Assembly (NCBI GenBank): GCA_951406725.2
Contig: OX597819.1
Location: forward strand, 75,144,001 to 75,208,000
Direction of reading: 5' to 3'
Origin: Octopus vulgaris
Lineage: Eukaryota
Length of the DNA stretch: 64,000 nucleotides
Shown here: in pieces, positions 51,593 through 64,000 of the stretch
How the letters are laid out: every line of letters begins with the position of its first letter
Numbering within the stretch: position 1 is the first letter of the stretch
Notes under the pieces: generated by a model
What the model saw: the letters and a program-made list of their open reading frames with translations, nothing else
Database searches by the model: none
Told to the model about the DNA's origin: nothing
Made by a program: the position numbers and the translations under genes

Positions 51593-52224
51593 CTATATAT
51601 GCACACATACACACACACAAGCATATAAGCATAGTTCACATGTTAATCCATGCAAACTTAATATTAACCAAAAATCTATAAATTCTAAGCAGACTCACAT
51701 GCACTCTCACTCTCATCCAATCATTCTCACTCACCCACTCTCTCCTCTTTCTCTCTCTCTATCTCTTTCTTCCTCCCTCTACTTCTCTCTGATGTATATA
51801 TACACACATTCAATCATACAGAAACCCAGCCATCCAATACATTAAGCCACATTTAGTAATCAGTCATCAAGTTTGATCAAATACTAAAGCAATCACTCAC
51901 TCATTCAATCATACATCATCTTTAGAGAATGGATAACGATTGTTTAAAACAAAAATGAAATGATAGAGCCTCTACATGATCACTCAACTTGCTCAAAATA
52001 GCAATAAAATCTCCCTTAAATGACACTATTAACTTCAGAAGTAATAAAGTGTGTGTAATAATTAATCGATTGATCTAAAGACTTACGTAGACTGTACTAT
52101 GCTGATGAGGTTGGAACATGTCCACAGTTGTTCTTGAGCTGCAAATCAAAACTGTTCTTTCATCAAGCATGTAAAATATCTTAAATTAATTCTTGATTGT
52201 TGGATAATATGTCTCTTTTTTATT

Positions 52225-52385
52225 TAAGACCAGTCTGGGAGGATCCAATAAAGATCAGAAGAACTGCTCCTTCCACTTATGATTTTTTAAAAAAATTTTC
52301 TCTTAGCTTTATCCTCTTTCCATATGTTTTTATATTGATGCAACCAAGTTGTTGCTCTAATTAACACATCATACTTTCTGACATT
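52225..52385 (+). repeat. Unclassified dispersed repeat; second copy at about 55060-55225
   Basis: AGTCTG.GAGGA.CC.ATA.AGATCAGA.GA.CTGCT.CTTCCACTTA..TGATGCAACCAAG.TGTT.CTCTAATT.ACACATCAT is shared. Confidence 0.75.
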
Positions 52386-53324
52386 AGAGGACTATCAGTG
52401 TTCATTGGATCTTGAAGGTTCTTTTGCTGCGTCTAAAAACTCAGACAACATCCTCTTACAACATAAACAGCGCGCACACACACACACACGTGTTATTCAT
52501 CCTTCTCTCTTCTGTTTGTCTCGCTCATCGATATTGATAAACAAATGAGGAGGCTAGAAATAACAGCCATATCTCTTAAATCGATGAATTTCGTCGCCCA
52601 ATAAAAATATTAACGATATTTTTTGAATATTTTCTTTATTTTTTTTTACCCATGGTTTTGAAGGGCCAAAAACAACAAAAACAAAACAATAATATGCCTA
52701 AATTGGTCTAGAGTGGGATATGAGGGTGCGCGTGGAGTGTGGGTCGTATTGTAAAAATTTGCGAAATATTTTTTCATAAAAGGATGCCCCAGCTTGTCGG
52801 AGGCTGTGATATAAATTAGGAAAAAAATCCTTGACACCAGTGCATAATTGGTACTTAATTTATCGACCCCGAAATGATGAAACATTGACCCACCCCCCAC
52901 CCCATTTCTGGTTTATTTACCTTTTGTGTAAATTTGTCCGGCAAGGGGCAAAACACAGAGGGGACAAAGCATGAGATACAAAAGTATTAAGTCGATTCTA
53001 TCGACACCAGTGCGAACTCACAAATGTGTATGTATGCTTGTGTGCGTATGTGTGTGTATGACGAACGTGTATGTATGCTTGTGTGCATATGTGTGTGTAC
53101 GTTTCTATATGTGTGTACGCTTATATATTAATTACTATGTGCTTGTGCAAATGTATATGCATGTGTTTGAGAGAGAGAGAGAGAGTGTGTGTGTGTGTGT
53201 GCAAGTGTACGTGTGTATGTATCTGAATATATGTGTGTGTGTGTGTGTGTGTGTATGCGGCGTGCGTCTCCTCATTTGTTTATCAATAGCGATAACGCAG
53301 CAAATGATTTGAGCTCAAATGCTG

Positions 53325-53505
53325 GCAATTCATTGGTTAAAATTCGAAGAATTAAACTACGTTAAACTTACAAATTACAATTTTCTCAAAAAAGCCAAGT
53401 GAAAATAATGTTTTCTTTTGACACATTCTACCAGTATACGAAGTTTCAAATTGTTTAGTTAACTAGAAATTGTGTTGAATTCTGTCCATCAAAAGGAAAA
53501 GATCC
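53325..53505. mobile_element. Degraded right half of the Merlin-like MITE seen at 26061-26489
   Basis: ACACATTCTACCA.TATACGAAGTTT..TAGTTA.CTAGAAATT.TGTT..GAAAAGATCC is shared. Confidence 0.7.
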
Positions 53506-53846
53506 AGTTCTTTTCCCAGTACAAGACCAACAATAGGATGTGGAATTTAAACACAGTGCAAAATGCCAGAACAGATACAATAAAACAACTTGTTCAATAC
53601 TCTAGTAATTCCACCAATCAACAGCTCTGCACTGGTACTTCATTCATTAATCCCCAAAAGGTGAAAGGTAATATTGACCTTGAGAGGATTTGAACTAAGA
53701 ATGCAGACATCCAATACAAACTGCAAGGCTTTCTATCCAATGCTCTCACAATACTACCTGCTTGAAGCCTTCCCTTTCTGACTAATGGATAAAATGATTA
53801 ATGTATAAATGACTGATGTATAAAATTTTGTTGCTTTTTGAGAGAT

Positions 53847-53898
<52 letters not shown>

Positions 53899-55761
53899 AA
53901 GCTGTAATGGTTACTGAATTTCATCAACCTGACAACATTTTTCAATCACTAAGTCATGCAGTGAACTAATGGTGTCATCTGTCTGATCATGGACCTTCAC
54001 ACACCACTGTGTTTGTCATTATTATTGGTTTCTATAGCACTAACTTGATAAGTCTTTTACTCCTACCCACTCATTCACATAATATCTGGATAGAGCACCA
54101 ATCTAGTGCAGGTAAATTTTCCTCTGGGAAAAATTGAGCTTAGCACTGCAAGCCAAGGAATCACTTGTCGATTTTACAATACAATTGCCATTAAAAGTTA
54201 AGCTTTTATGCATTGGTCACAATTAGAGAGCTTAATGAAAGGAAACTTGATGTTGACCTTTTTACTGATTAACTGGTTCACTGGCTGACTAGAACCCACT
54301 TAAATCAGCTGACTGCAAGTCAACAACATGAATAGGATGAATAATGTCATATGTGTCATTATGATATAATACAAAAATTACTATACATGTTCTATGTAAT
54401 GTAACACAGATGAATGCTAATATCACCTTAGAAGAAAAACGAAAATCATGTAATGTTTATACTTTCCAAAAGCTTCACAACAATATTGATTACTTATACA
54501 GCCACCAATCCTCAAATTTGGAAGAGGATGTAAACAATCAAATTGACCCTGATACTTCCTTGGAACCTTATTTCTTTGGTGTATAAGTTGAATTTTTCAG
54601 GCCAAAATTTACTGCAAAAAAATAAAAGATTGTAAGAAAACTTTGGAGGACTAAAATTTCCAGGATTTGGAAAGATAGTGGTGATGTTTCGTTGTTTACA
54701 CTATATACTATGTTGGTTTGTATGATGGAAAATGCAGAACAGACTCTGGAAGGACAAAAGGCAAAGTTGACCTCAAAAAGATTTAAATTCAGAATGTAAA
54801 GATATGCAACTAAATATTGCAAGGTATATTGATTGATGTTCTAACATTTCTGCTAATCTTATATTAACATTGATAACCACAGAAATCAATTGCAGCACAA
54901 AATTTCTTTTTTTATGTTATATCTTTCTTTAGTCCTTAAAGACTTGAAAGAGCCAATGCTTATATCTAATTTTGTCCTTCGACAGATGAGAGATATATCT
55001 CAACCTGAATGGGAAGATAGCCTACCAGAAATAATATCTTCTAAAGTCATCCACATAAATTTCACTAGTCTGAGAGGAACCTATAGAGATCAGAGGAGCT
55101 GCTTCTTCCACTTAGATTTTTTTTTCCTTTACTTTTCTCCTGCATCTATGCAGGGTTCACATATTTTTGTACTGATGCAACCAAGGTGTTACTCTAATTG
55201 ACACATCATTCTATCCTGACAAATAGCTGGACTGAAATATATAGAATTTCTGACAACTAGCTGAATTGAAATATATAGAATTAACCCCACTGTCCCATAA
55301 CAAAATGGAATCAGTGGATTTGAACACAAGACCATTGAGTTACTTTGTTCCTTCAACCCATCAAAAGCCACATTAACCTCACACTTTGAAAGGTATACTT
55401 TTGGAAATAATCACAAGAAATTAATGGCATTTGTAATTGGTATAAATTGAAAGGATACACAGAAATTTCTATACAGATATTAACAGTTTATATATAAGGA
55501 TAGATACACACTGGCAAATATAGATCAATAAAATAAGTACAAGGTTAAAATAAATGGGTTATAAGGTTGACTAAAACTCTTAATGGCAGTATCCCGGCAT
55601 AGGCACACACCAATGATGCAACAAGTAAAAGAATAAAAGAATATACATATATAGAGTCATCAGATAGCATATCTTATTCTACTGAATGAACAGCAATTAA
55701 TGAAAGAGATCCTAATTGGAACCATAAAGAAAGAAAGATAGATATGTATATTTATGTGTTC

Positions 55762-55813
<52 letters not shown>

Positions 55814-55836
55814 TTGTGTGTGAGTGTGTATATATA

Positions 55837-55876
<40 letters not shown>

Positions 55877-56572
55877 TACATATATTTATATACATATGTA
55901 TATAGATAAATATACATATATATATACATACATAGATATATGCATACACATACACACACACATACAGAGGCACATTTCTTATTGAAGAACAGAATTACTC
56001 ATCTGATCAGAATTACACACATATCTTTTATTTTTTGCTCGCTTCAGTCACTGAACTGTGACCATGTTGGAGCACCACCTTGAAGGGTTTAGTTGAAGAA
56101 ATTGACACCATTACTCATTTTTGAATGGCTGGTGTCTTTTGCCAAACCACTAAGTTATGAGGACATAGACAAACCAACTCTAGTTATCAAGCAGTGGTGG
56201 GGGACAAACACAAACACGAAGATGTGGGACAAAATATTGAAAAAGGATCTGCAGATGTTAGGCCTCATAAAGGGGATGATAACAGACTGAGACTTTGCTA
56301 TGTTTGAGAAAACACATCAAGCTAAGTGAAATCATAGTTGTCCTTACATCAAGCACGATCCCTGCATCTCTCTTCAGCTGAGTGATTCTAATCTTGTAGA
56401 TTCATGGTGCCATATGAAAAGCACCCCTGCCAGTGCCATGTTGAAGCACCTAGTACATTCTGTAAAGTGATAGGTGTTAGAAAGGGCTGTAGGAACCATG
56501 CCAAAATTAGACATGTGAATAGATTTGGTAGACAGAAACTGAAAGAAGCCTGTCATATATATATATATATAT

Positions 56573-59310
56573 ATCATCATCATCATCATCGTTAATTAAC
56601 ATTCGTTGTCCATGCTAGCATGGGTTGGATGGTTGACCAGGGCTGGCAAGCTGGAAGGCTGCACCAGACTCCAGTCTGTTTTGGTATGATTTCTACAGTT
56701 GGATGCTCTTCCTAACAACAACCACTCCGAGAGTGTGCCACCAGCACAGGTGCCATTTACATGACACCAGTATCTGCCATGACTGTAGTTTTACTTGGCT
56801 TGACAGGTCTTCTTCTCAAGCACAGCATAATGCCAAAGGTCTCAGTCATTGCTTCTGTGAGGCCCAACACTCAAAAGGAGCTCAATCACTTTGTCTTTGT
56901 GAGGCTCAATGCTCAAAAGGTGCTTTGTACATGCCACCAGCATCCAGCATGGGTGTCGGTTACGTGACACCAGCATCAGCCATGACTGCAATTTCACTTG
57001 GCTTCATGGGTCTTCTCAAGCATAACATACTGCCAAAGGTCTCAGTCACTGGTCATTGCCTCTGTGAGGCCCAGATTTCAGAGATCATGCTTCACCACCT
57101 CATCCCATGTCTTCCTGAGTCTACCTCTACCACAGGTTCCCTCCACAGTTAGGGATCAGCACTTCTTTGCACAGCTGTCCTCGTCCATACACATCACATG
57201 ACCATACTAGTGCATTCATCTCTCTTGCTCACCACATCTGATGCCTCTTATTCCTAACTTTTCTCTCAGGATGCTTACATTCTGTTGAACATGCACACTG
57301 ACATTGCACGTCCAGTGAAGAATACTGGCTCATTTCTTTCAAGCCTACATGTGTACTCAGCTGTCACGGCCCATGTTTCACTGCTATGTAACATAGCTGT
57401 TCACACACAGGCATCATACAATCTGCCTTTCACTCTGAGAGAGAGGCCCTTTGTTGCCAGTAGAGGTAGAAGCTCTCTAAACTTTGCCCAGTTTAATCTT
57501 ATTCTGACAGTTATGCTCTTGGAGCATCCACCTCTGCTACTAACTTCATCACCTGTGTAACAGAAACTATCTACTAACTCTAGCTTACATTCGTGACAGT
57601 TGATGGAGTCTATTTTCTGTACATTTTTGGTGTTTATTGTACCTGTGCATCTACCACACACAAAAACTATTTTCCTTGTTAACCTTCCTCTGATATTGCT
57701 GCACCTTTTATGTGTCCAAAGCTTACACTGGGTGCATCTTACAGAGTTACTACCTACATCTTTTCTAAAGATCAAGCAGCGTCATCTACCTGAAGGGACT
57801 TGTGATTTGTCTGCCTTCCTACTTACTAAGACTTCAGTTTTTGCTAGGTTAACTCTAAGGCCCATTAATTCTATACCTTGCTTCCATAGTGATTCAGGTA
57901 TAAGAACAAAGTCATCAGCATAGAGGAGCTCCTAGAGGCAGCCTGTCTTAAATTCCTCTGTTATTGCCTGGAGGACTATGATGAACAAGAGGGGGCTTAG
58001 GACCAATCCTTGGTGAACCCCTACTTGTACCTTGAATTCTTTGCTGTACTCATTGCTAATCCTCACCTTACTGGTAGCGTCTCTGTACATGGCTTGTAAG
58101 GCTCTCACCAGCCATTCATCTATCCCTAGTTTCTGCATTGACCACCAGATAAGGGATCAGGGGACTCTGTCAAAAGCTTTCTCTGAGGCAACAAAAGCTA
58201 AGTACAGAGATTTTTCTTTGGTTATGTATTTCCCCTGCAGTTGCCTTACCGGAACTATAGCATCAGAGGTGCTTCTCCCTGGCACAAAACCAAACGGCAT
58301 CTCATCTAGACTAACTTTCCCCTTAATTAGTTGGGCTATGACTCTCTCCGTAACTTTCATCACCTGATCCAATAATTTGATACCTCTGTAATTATTTCAA
58401 TCTAAGGCATTTACCATTGTAGCAGCTGACTATGGTGCTGCTACACCAGTCATTGGGTATGACTCCTTCATGAATCACCTGATTTACAAAATGGGTGACT
58501 AGACCATAACCCACATCACCTATATTTTAAGCATCTCAGCAGTGATTCTTGAAGGGCCAGGGGCTTTCCTTGTCTTCATGTCCCTTAATTGCTTTATCTA
58601 CCAAGGTATTGTCAATTTGGGTACCTGGTCCTCAATTGGGTTACCATTTGGCAGACTCTCCTCCCATTCGTTCTCTACATTCAACAGTCTTTCATAATGG
58701 CATTTCTAAGACTCTTTCTTAGCAGATGATGGTGCAAGTGCACCATCATCCATGCAGACACATTTTTCTCTCGTGACATCCCAATTTTCTTACTTACACT
58801 GTCTTGCAATGTGGAACACTTCAATTCTTTGGTCCTCACGTCGCTAAACATAGGCAAACTTTCTCTTTTCTGCTTTTCCCTTGGCTAGATATACCTGTCT
58901 CCTAGCTTTCTTTCTTATTTCTTTATTGCCCATAAGGGGCTAAACATAGAGGAGGCAAACAAGGATAGACAAAGGAAATAAGTCAATTATATCGACCCCA
59001 GTGCGTAACTGGTGCTTATTTAATCGATCGCAAAAGGATGAAAGGCAAAGTTGACCTTGGTGGAATTTGAACTCAGGACGTAGCGGCAGATGAAATACTG
59101 CTAAACATTTCGCCCGTGCTAATGATTCTGCCAGCTTGCTGCCTTCTTTCTGTCTATCTGATACAGCTCCCTGCACCCCCAACTCTTCCAGGCCTGTTTC
59201 TTTGCTCTAATGGTCCTGTCTACAGCAATGTTCCACCACCATGTTACTCTAGGTCTGGTTGGGACTTTGCACCAGCCACAGATTTGGTCTATGGCACTCA
59301 TGACAGGATT
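56573..59310 (-). mobile_element. Second decayed RTE-clade LINE of the same family, interrupted by a family B SINE
   Basis: TWWWN; KAFDRVP; GVHQG..SPLLF; C-terminal RIR..WAKFRELLPLL..KGRLYDACV; (GAT)n tail; internal ~110-bp duplication at 56762 and 56965. Confidence 0.92.
58916..59143 (-). mobile_element. Family B SINE nested in the RTE, 8-bp TSD
   Basis: TSD TTCTTTCT at 58908-58915 and 59144-59151; removing the SINE restores the LINE reading frame. Confidence 0.9.
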
Positions 59311-59927
59311 CTTTCAGCTTTCACCTACGAAATCCATTTACAAAGACTTGGACAGCCCAAAATTATAGTAGGATAGCCCAAGGTATCACATAGTGGGACT
59401 GAAACAGAAACTATATAGTTGAGAAGAAAACTTCTTTACTCAAAGCCACACCTATACATGACTGTCTGTCTTTTCCCCTATGTGTGTGTCTACAATTGAA
59501 TTTTGATGAAAATGTAATCAATACTACAATAGAGTGTGATATTTATTACAGTACTGAGATTACTCTATGGCTTTTCTGAGTTTCGTGATACTTCACTGAC
59601 ATAGAGCTGAAAGCTGGATTACAAAGTACAGTATGACAAATATTCTAGATATGGGCGTTGCTTTGTGACAAAACAAATTAGCAGTCAATGTTAAAAATTG
59701 TTAAGAAAGTTACAATGAAGAAACATTCATCATGAGCTACAAATATAAGACAGACAGAAAAAGAAAATAAACTAGTATCAACACAAGAAAAATAAATAGA
59801 AAAATTTATGCAAGAACAAAATAAAGGTGACTGAATGACAAAATGGTCAAGCATATGCATGCATACCTGCACACATGTGTATATGTACATATATAATAAT
59901 AATAATGATAATTATGATTATAATAAT

Positions 59928-60347
59928 AATCCTTTCTACTAATAGTACAAGGTCTGAAATTTGTGGGGAGAGGACTAGTTGATTACAACAACCCAGTGTT
60001 CCACTGGTACTTAATTTAGTGACCCCAAAAAGACGAAAGGCAAAGTCGACCTCAGTGGAATTTGAACTCAGAATGTAAAGTTGGAAGAAATGCCACTAAG
60101 CATTTTGCCTGGCATGCTAACAATTCTGCCAGCTCACAACAATAATAATTCTTTCTATTAAAGGCATAAGTCCTGAAATTTTGGGGATGGAGACTAGCTG
60201 ATTACATCAACCCCAGTGCTCCACAGATACTTAATTTATGGACCCCCCCCCCCCCAAAAGGATGAAAGGCATATTTGACCTTGGCTGAATTTGAACTCAG
60301 AAGGTGAAGTCAGAAGAAATGCTATTGATTCTGCCAGCTCAATGCCT
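59928..60347 (-). mobile_element. Two tandem family B SINEs in (AAT)n, with CpG decay
   Basis: Two units each starting AAT(C/T)CTTTCTA.T.A.G..C..AAG; CTCGGCGG has become CTCAGTGG, among other changes. Confidence 0.85.
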
Positions 60348-60370
60348 TAATAATAATAATTAACCTTTCT

Positions 60371-60396
60371 TCTACTACTACTACTACTACTACTAC

Positions 60397-60460
<64 letters not shown>

Positions 60461-60515
60461 AAGAAGAAGAAGAAGAAGAAGAAGAAGAAGAAGATCAACA
60501 ACAACAACAATAACA
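60371..60515. repeat. Compound microsatellite (CTA)n(ATA)n(AGA)n(ACA)n
   Basis: Seen directly. Confidence 0.95.
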
Positions 60516-60744
60516 AGAGCACAAACCTCCTTCAAGACAACCTCCTCTCAACAATTAGCTGGAGATGATTTTTAAATTGAGAATATCTTAAATAAACTCA
60601 ACTGCTCTTACAAACGAGAATACTAAAAATGAACCCAACCATTCACTACAGTTTTCATTCTATACTAACCCACTGGACTTCTCAAGATATATCTGCATAA
60701 TACTCACTCATCTAACCACATTGCAAAAAAAGGCGTCCTCTATA

Positions 60745-61345
60745 TCTTTCTTAACATGGATATTCTGTAGAAACCACAAAACTGGAGTGTTCATCTTGAG
60801 AAGGCATCTTATACAGAAATATTGCGCCAAAAGGTGCAGAAGTATCAGCAACAGAGGAAAAGTGTTCAACAGTGGCGGTGGAATAATTAAATCCCAAGAT
60901 ATCAGCATAATTGTGCATCATCAATAGCAAGTATTCACTATAAACCACATGCTTAGACAAATATATCTTCCACTGATATAGAAAAACAGTGATTAACAAA
61001 TCACTGGTGTTGTAAATAGCTGGCAGACAAGATAAAAAGTCACTATAAGTAACAGTAGCAGTATTGGTTCAGAGTAGCATTCTGTTTATCTTGCTTAATG
61101 TGGTCATACTAATAGAAAACCACAATACTGTGGTATTCATCTTGAGAAAGCATCTCATATAGATGTATAATCCTATAAAGCATGGAAGTAGTAGACGAAA
61201 AGCATCCAGCAGTGGTGATAGGGTCGCTAAATCTAGATTTCTGCATATTTGCTCATCATCAGTAGCAAGTACTGCTTTAAAAAATTTAGCCTCTACTAAT
61301 ATAGAAAAACAGTGAGTAACAAATTACTGGTGTCACAAATAGCTA
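60745..61345. repeat. Diverged tandem duplication, period about 345 bp
   Basis: AAACCACAA.ACTG..GT.TTCATCTTGAGAA.GCATCT.ATA.AGA..CATCATCA.TAGCAAGTA..ATATAGAAAAACAGTGA.TAACAAAT.ACTGGTGT..AAATAGCT occurs twice. Confidence 0.85.
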
Positions 61346-62339
61346 GTGAACTGAGTTAAAACTTTTGTAAGTCATAAAAAATTTCATCTGTCCACTTATC
61401 CAAGATTTCATATTTCATTATAACTTTTTTTTTAAATGCAAATAATTATGATTTAATGTTATAAACTTTGATTAAGCACTTTTTATCTTTGTTCATTGGA
61501 CTCCATTTGAACACTTTCTTTTTTTTTTTGCACATTGAACAGAAATTCCTGTTTCATTTGTTTTACTTATAGCTCAGACTTTGTGCATGTATACATATAA
61601 ATAAATGTATTATGCATGCATGTATGTATGTATGTATGAATGTATGTATGTCTGCGTGTATGTATGTATGTGTGTATGTTTTTTTCTTTGTTATGTATTC
61701 AAATTTTCTCCTTTACAGAATTCAAGCCAATCACAAAGAGACATGGCTCTGTTATTTAAATGACAACAGCCCTTGGGGGTTTGGGGCTATCTAAAATGAT
61801 TGATGTATTCATATATATGTATGTTTGTTGTGCATGTGTGTGTGTGTGTGTGTACATGTGTGTGTTGAGCATAAGCATGTGTGTGTGTGTGCGTATTCCA
61901 AATGTACATGTGATGGTGTCTTATGTTCTCCCAGGAACCTCCAGTGGAGAATCCCTGAAATATTTCACATATCTTGACTGAATTTCTAATCAACAGTACT
62001 TGGAGAATGTGTATCAGTCATTTTTGGAGAATCCTAGCCTTTTTTTTTTATGCTGGCTTTAGTGATGTAGCCCAATGTGCTTCTGATAATAACAAATGAA
62101 AATCTAAACACACAAGGGTTGTAGGCTTCTCATTAGTTCATCATAGATGTTTTCCTTTTGCCCAATTTTTTATGAGACATTCACATCTGTCAAGTAGCTA
62201 TCTCCATAAAAAGGACATCATTTTTGTTCCCTGTGCCTTTACAATAATATATGGCCAGTTGTATTTATACTGGGTTGCTGTTTTTATTGGAATATTCCAC
62301 CAGTATTTCTTATTTTTTAAAAGAATCTTTCATCTTTTT

Positions 62340-62620
62340 ATCTTTCTTTTTGTTTCAGTCATTAAACTGCAACCATGCTGGGGCACTACCTTCGAGAAAT
62401 TTTTGGTTGAACGAATCAACCCCAGTACTTATTCTACCAGCCTCTTTTGCCAAACCACTAATTTATGAGGACATAAACATACCAACACCGGTTGTCAAGT
62501 GGTGATGGGAGATAGACACAAATACGCACGTATACACACACACACATGACCTCTTTTCAGTTTCCATCTACAAAATCCCCTCACAAGCTTTGGTTGACTT
62601 CAGGCTATAGAAGAAGACGT
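62340..62620 (-). mobile_element. Diverged family A SINE with CpG decay
   Basis: TTGTTTCAGTCATT..CCATGCTGGGGCAC..CCCCAGTACTTATTCTA..GGTTGTCAAG..GGCTATAG.AGAAGAC. Confidence 0.8.
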
Positions 62621-62799
62621 GTGTGTGTGTGCGCCCGCGCGTGCGTCTGTGTGTGTGTGTGTCCTTACCTTACCAGCGCGTGTCAGTTGAAATAAGAGCC
62701 ACTGTCATACAAGCAGTGTCTCTCTTTTCTAATATTCTGTGAAAATATGTCTTGCTCTGAGACCCATGCAAGCACGGAAAAGTTGACGTTACGACGACG

Positions 62800-62849
<50 letters not shown>

Positions 62850-64000
62850 GTAAACACACACACACTCTCTCTCTCTCTATCTGCAGAAGGACAGATTGAT
62901 AGGGAGGGAGGGATAAGAATATATGTCATGTATATTGTGGAGAACATCTGTTTTCAAATTTTTCAATGTTCTTATAGATTATCTCCCCCTATGTTCTGAT
63001 ATTGGAATACACGTACACAAAAATGAAATTTGCTTTGAAGTAATTTAATTTTTTTCTTACGTTTCTGATCTCAGCCGTGAAATCATATTTTCCTAAGAAA
63101 TTACTTCGTAGTATACTGCAACTTGTAGCATGGTTAAATAATCACACCTATTAAAATGATGATGAAATGTGACATTTATTGGCAGGGGAGATAATGATTA
63201 ACAACTTTCGGATCATTTGAAAACAGTCCCAGTTTACACACACACTTTGTATATTGATTTTTCAAAGGGTGGTTTACATCAATATTGATGATGCATTATT
63301 TGTAGCAATAATAATAATAATCATTATTATTATTTTAAGCGTTATTATTATTATTGTTTAAAGTAGTGTTATTATTATTTTAAGTATTGTTGTTAATATT
63401 ATTATTATTTTTATTATATATGTATATTATGTTTATAGTAATGGTGTCTAATCCTACCTTTAAGCAACAGAAGTGCGATTATTTGATTCAGCCTTGAGCT
63501 GTGTCATATGAATTTTCCTGAATCCTTACATTTCTCAGAATTTTCTTCCAACGTAATAAAAAGGTAGACATAGGTTATCTGCCCATGTCTTATTCTAGTA
63601 TCACCCACTCCATTTATGAGTGGTTTTTCTGGTAGGGCTTTTGTAAATAATATTATCGTTATACAAAATATACAGTTAGCGACAAACGTACCTGTGATTG
63701 CGTTTATCTGGAAATGTACGTGTGTATTAATAAAAGTAATTTACGATCAAACATATGCAAGCCCAGTTTCCCGAGTTTTCTTTACATGTGTACAAGAGAG
63801 AACTATTCAATGAACCGCTTGGTAAATGATTTTTTTTTAAATATTTGAAAAATAAAATGACTTCCTACCTATTCAATGAACGATTTCTGTCAAAAATAAG
63901 AGTTACGATTTTCTTTTTATTATCATCAATAAATATGAAAAATTATAGCTAATAAATTTCATTTTGTGTTGTCTCAGGAAAATAATTACGAAAAAAAAAA

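Noticed and set aside
61295-61345. Minus-strand LAICDTSNLLLTVFLY resembling GPCR TM2
   Set aside because: It is followed immediately by a stop, the motif is not kept in the duplicate unit, and no other TM motifs are present.
731-63813. Many 60-170 aa ORFs rich in HT, YI, CV, LS or poly-L/E/K runs
   Set aside because: They are translations of microsatellites and SINE bodies, with no domain signal or exon structure.

Overview
AT-rich, microsatellite-saturated eukaryotic non-coding DNA. The repeat families look like those of Octopus or another coleoid cephalopod (my recognition, not verified by a search). I find no intact protein-coding gene; nearly all ORFs in the track are translated microsatellites or SINE sequence. 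The window is a mosaic of: at least five tRNA-headed SINE types (my labels A, B, C, E, F) plus a (CAA)n-tailed repeat (D), with many nested insertions and visible target-site duplications (TSDs); decayed RTE-clade LINEs, two of which carry a PHD-like C4HC3 finger after the RT core; a near full-length dead mariner; a pogo/Tigger pseudogene; Merlin-, hAT- and mariner-type MITEs; Helitron fragments; and a possible solo LTR. The most notable unannotated signal is a set of minimal type-I hammerhead-ribozyme motifs with palindromic stem III (38944-39007, 43202-43327, 46680-46715, 22521-22556, plus decayed copies). Most sit in ORF-less elements next to (TA)n tracts, which suggests non-autonomous Penelope-like or retrozyme elements. 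Also notable are an 81-bp-arm fold-back hairpin (32011-32180), SINE tail swapping, serial insertion at one target site, and a CpG-depleted domain in the right quarter downstream of a promoter-like island near 35 kb.
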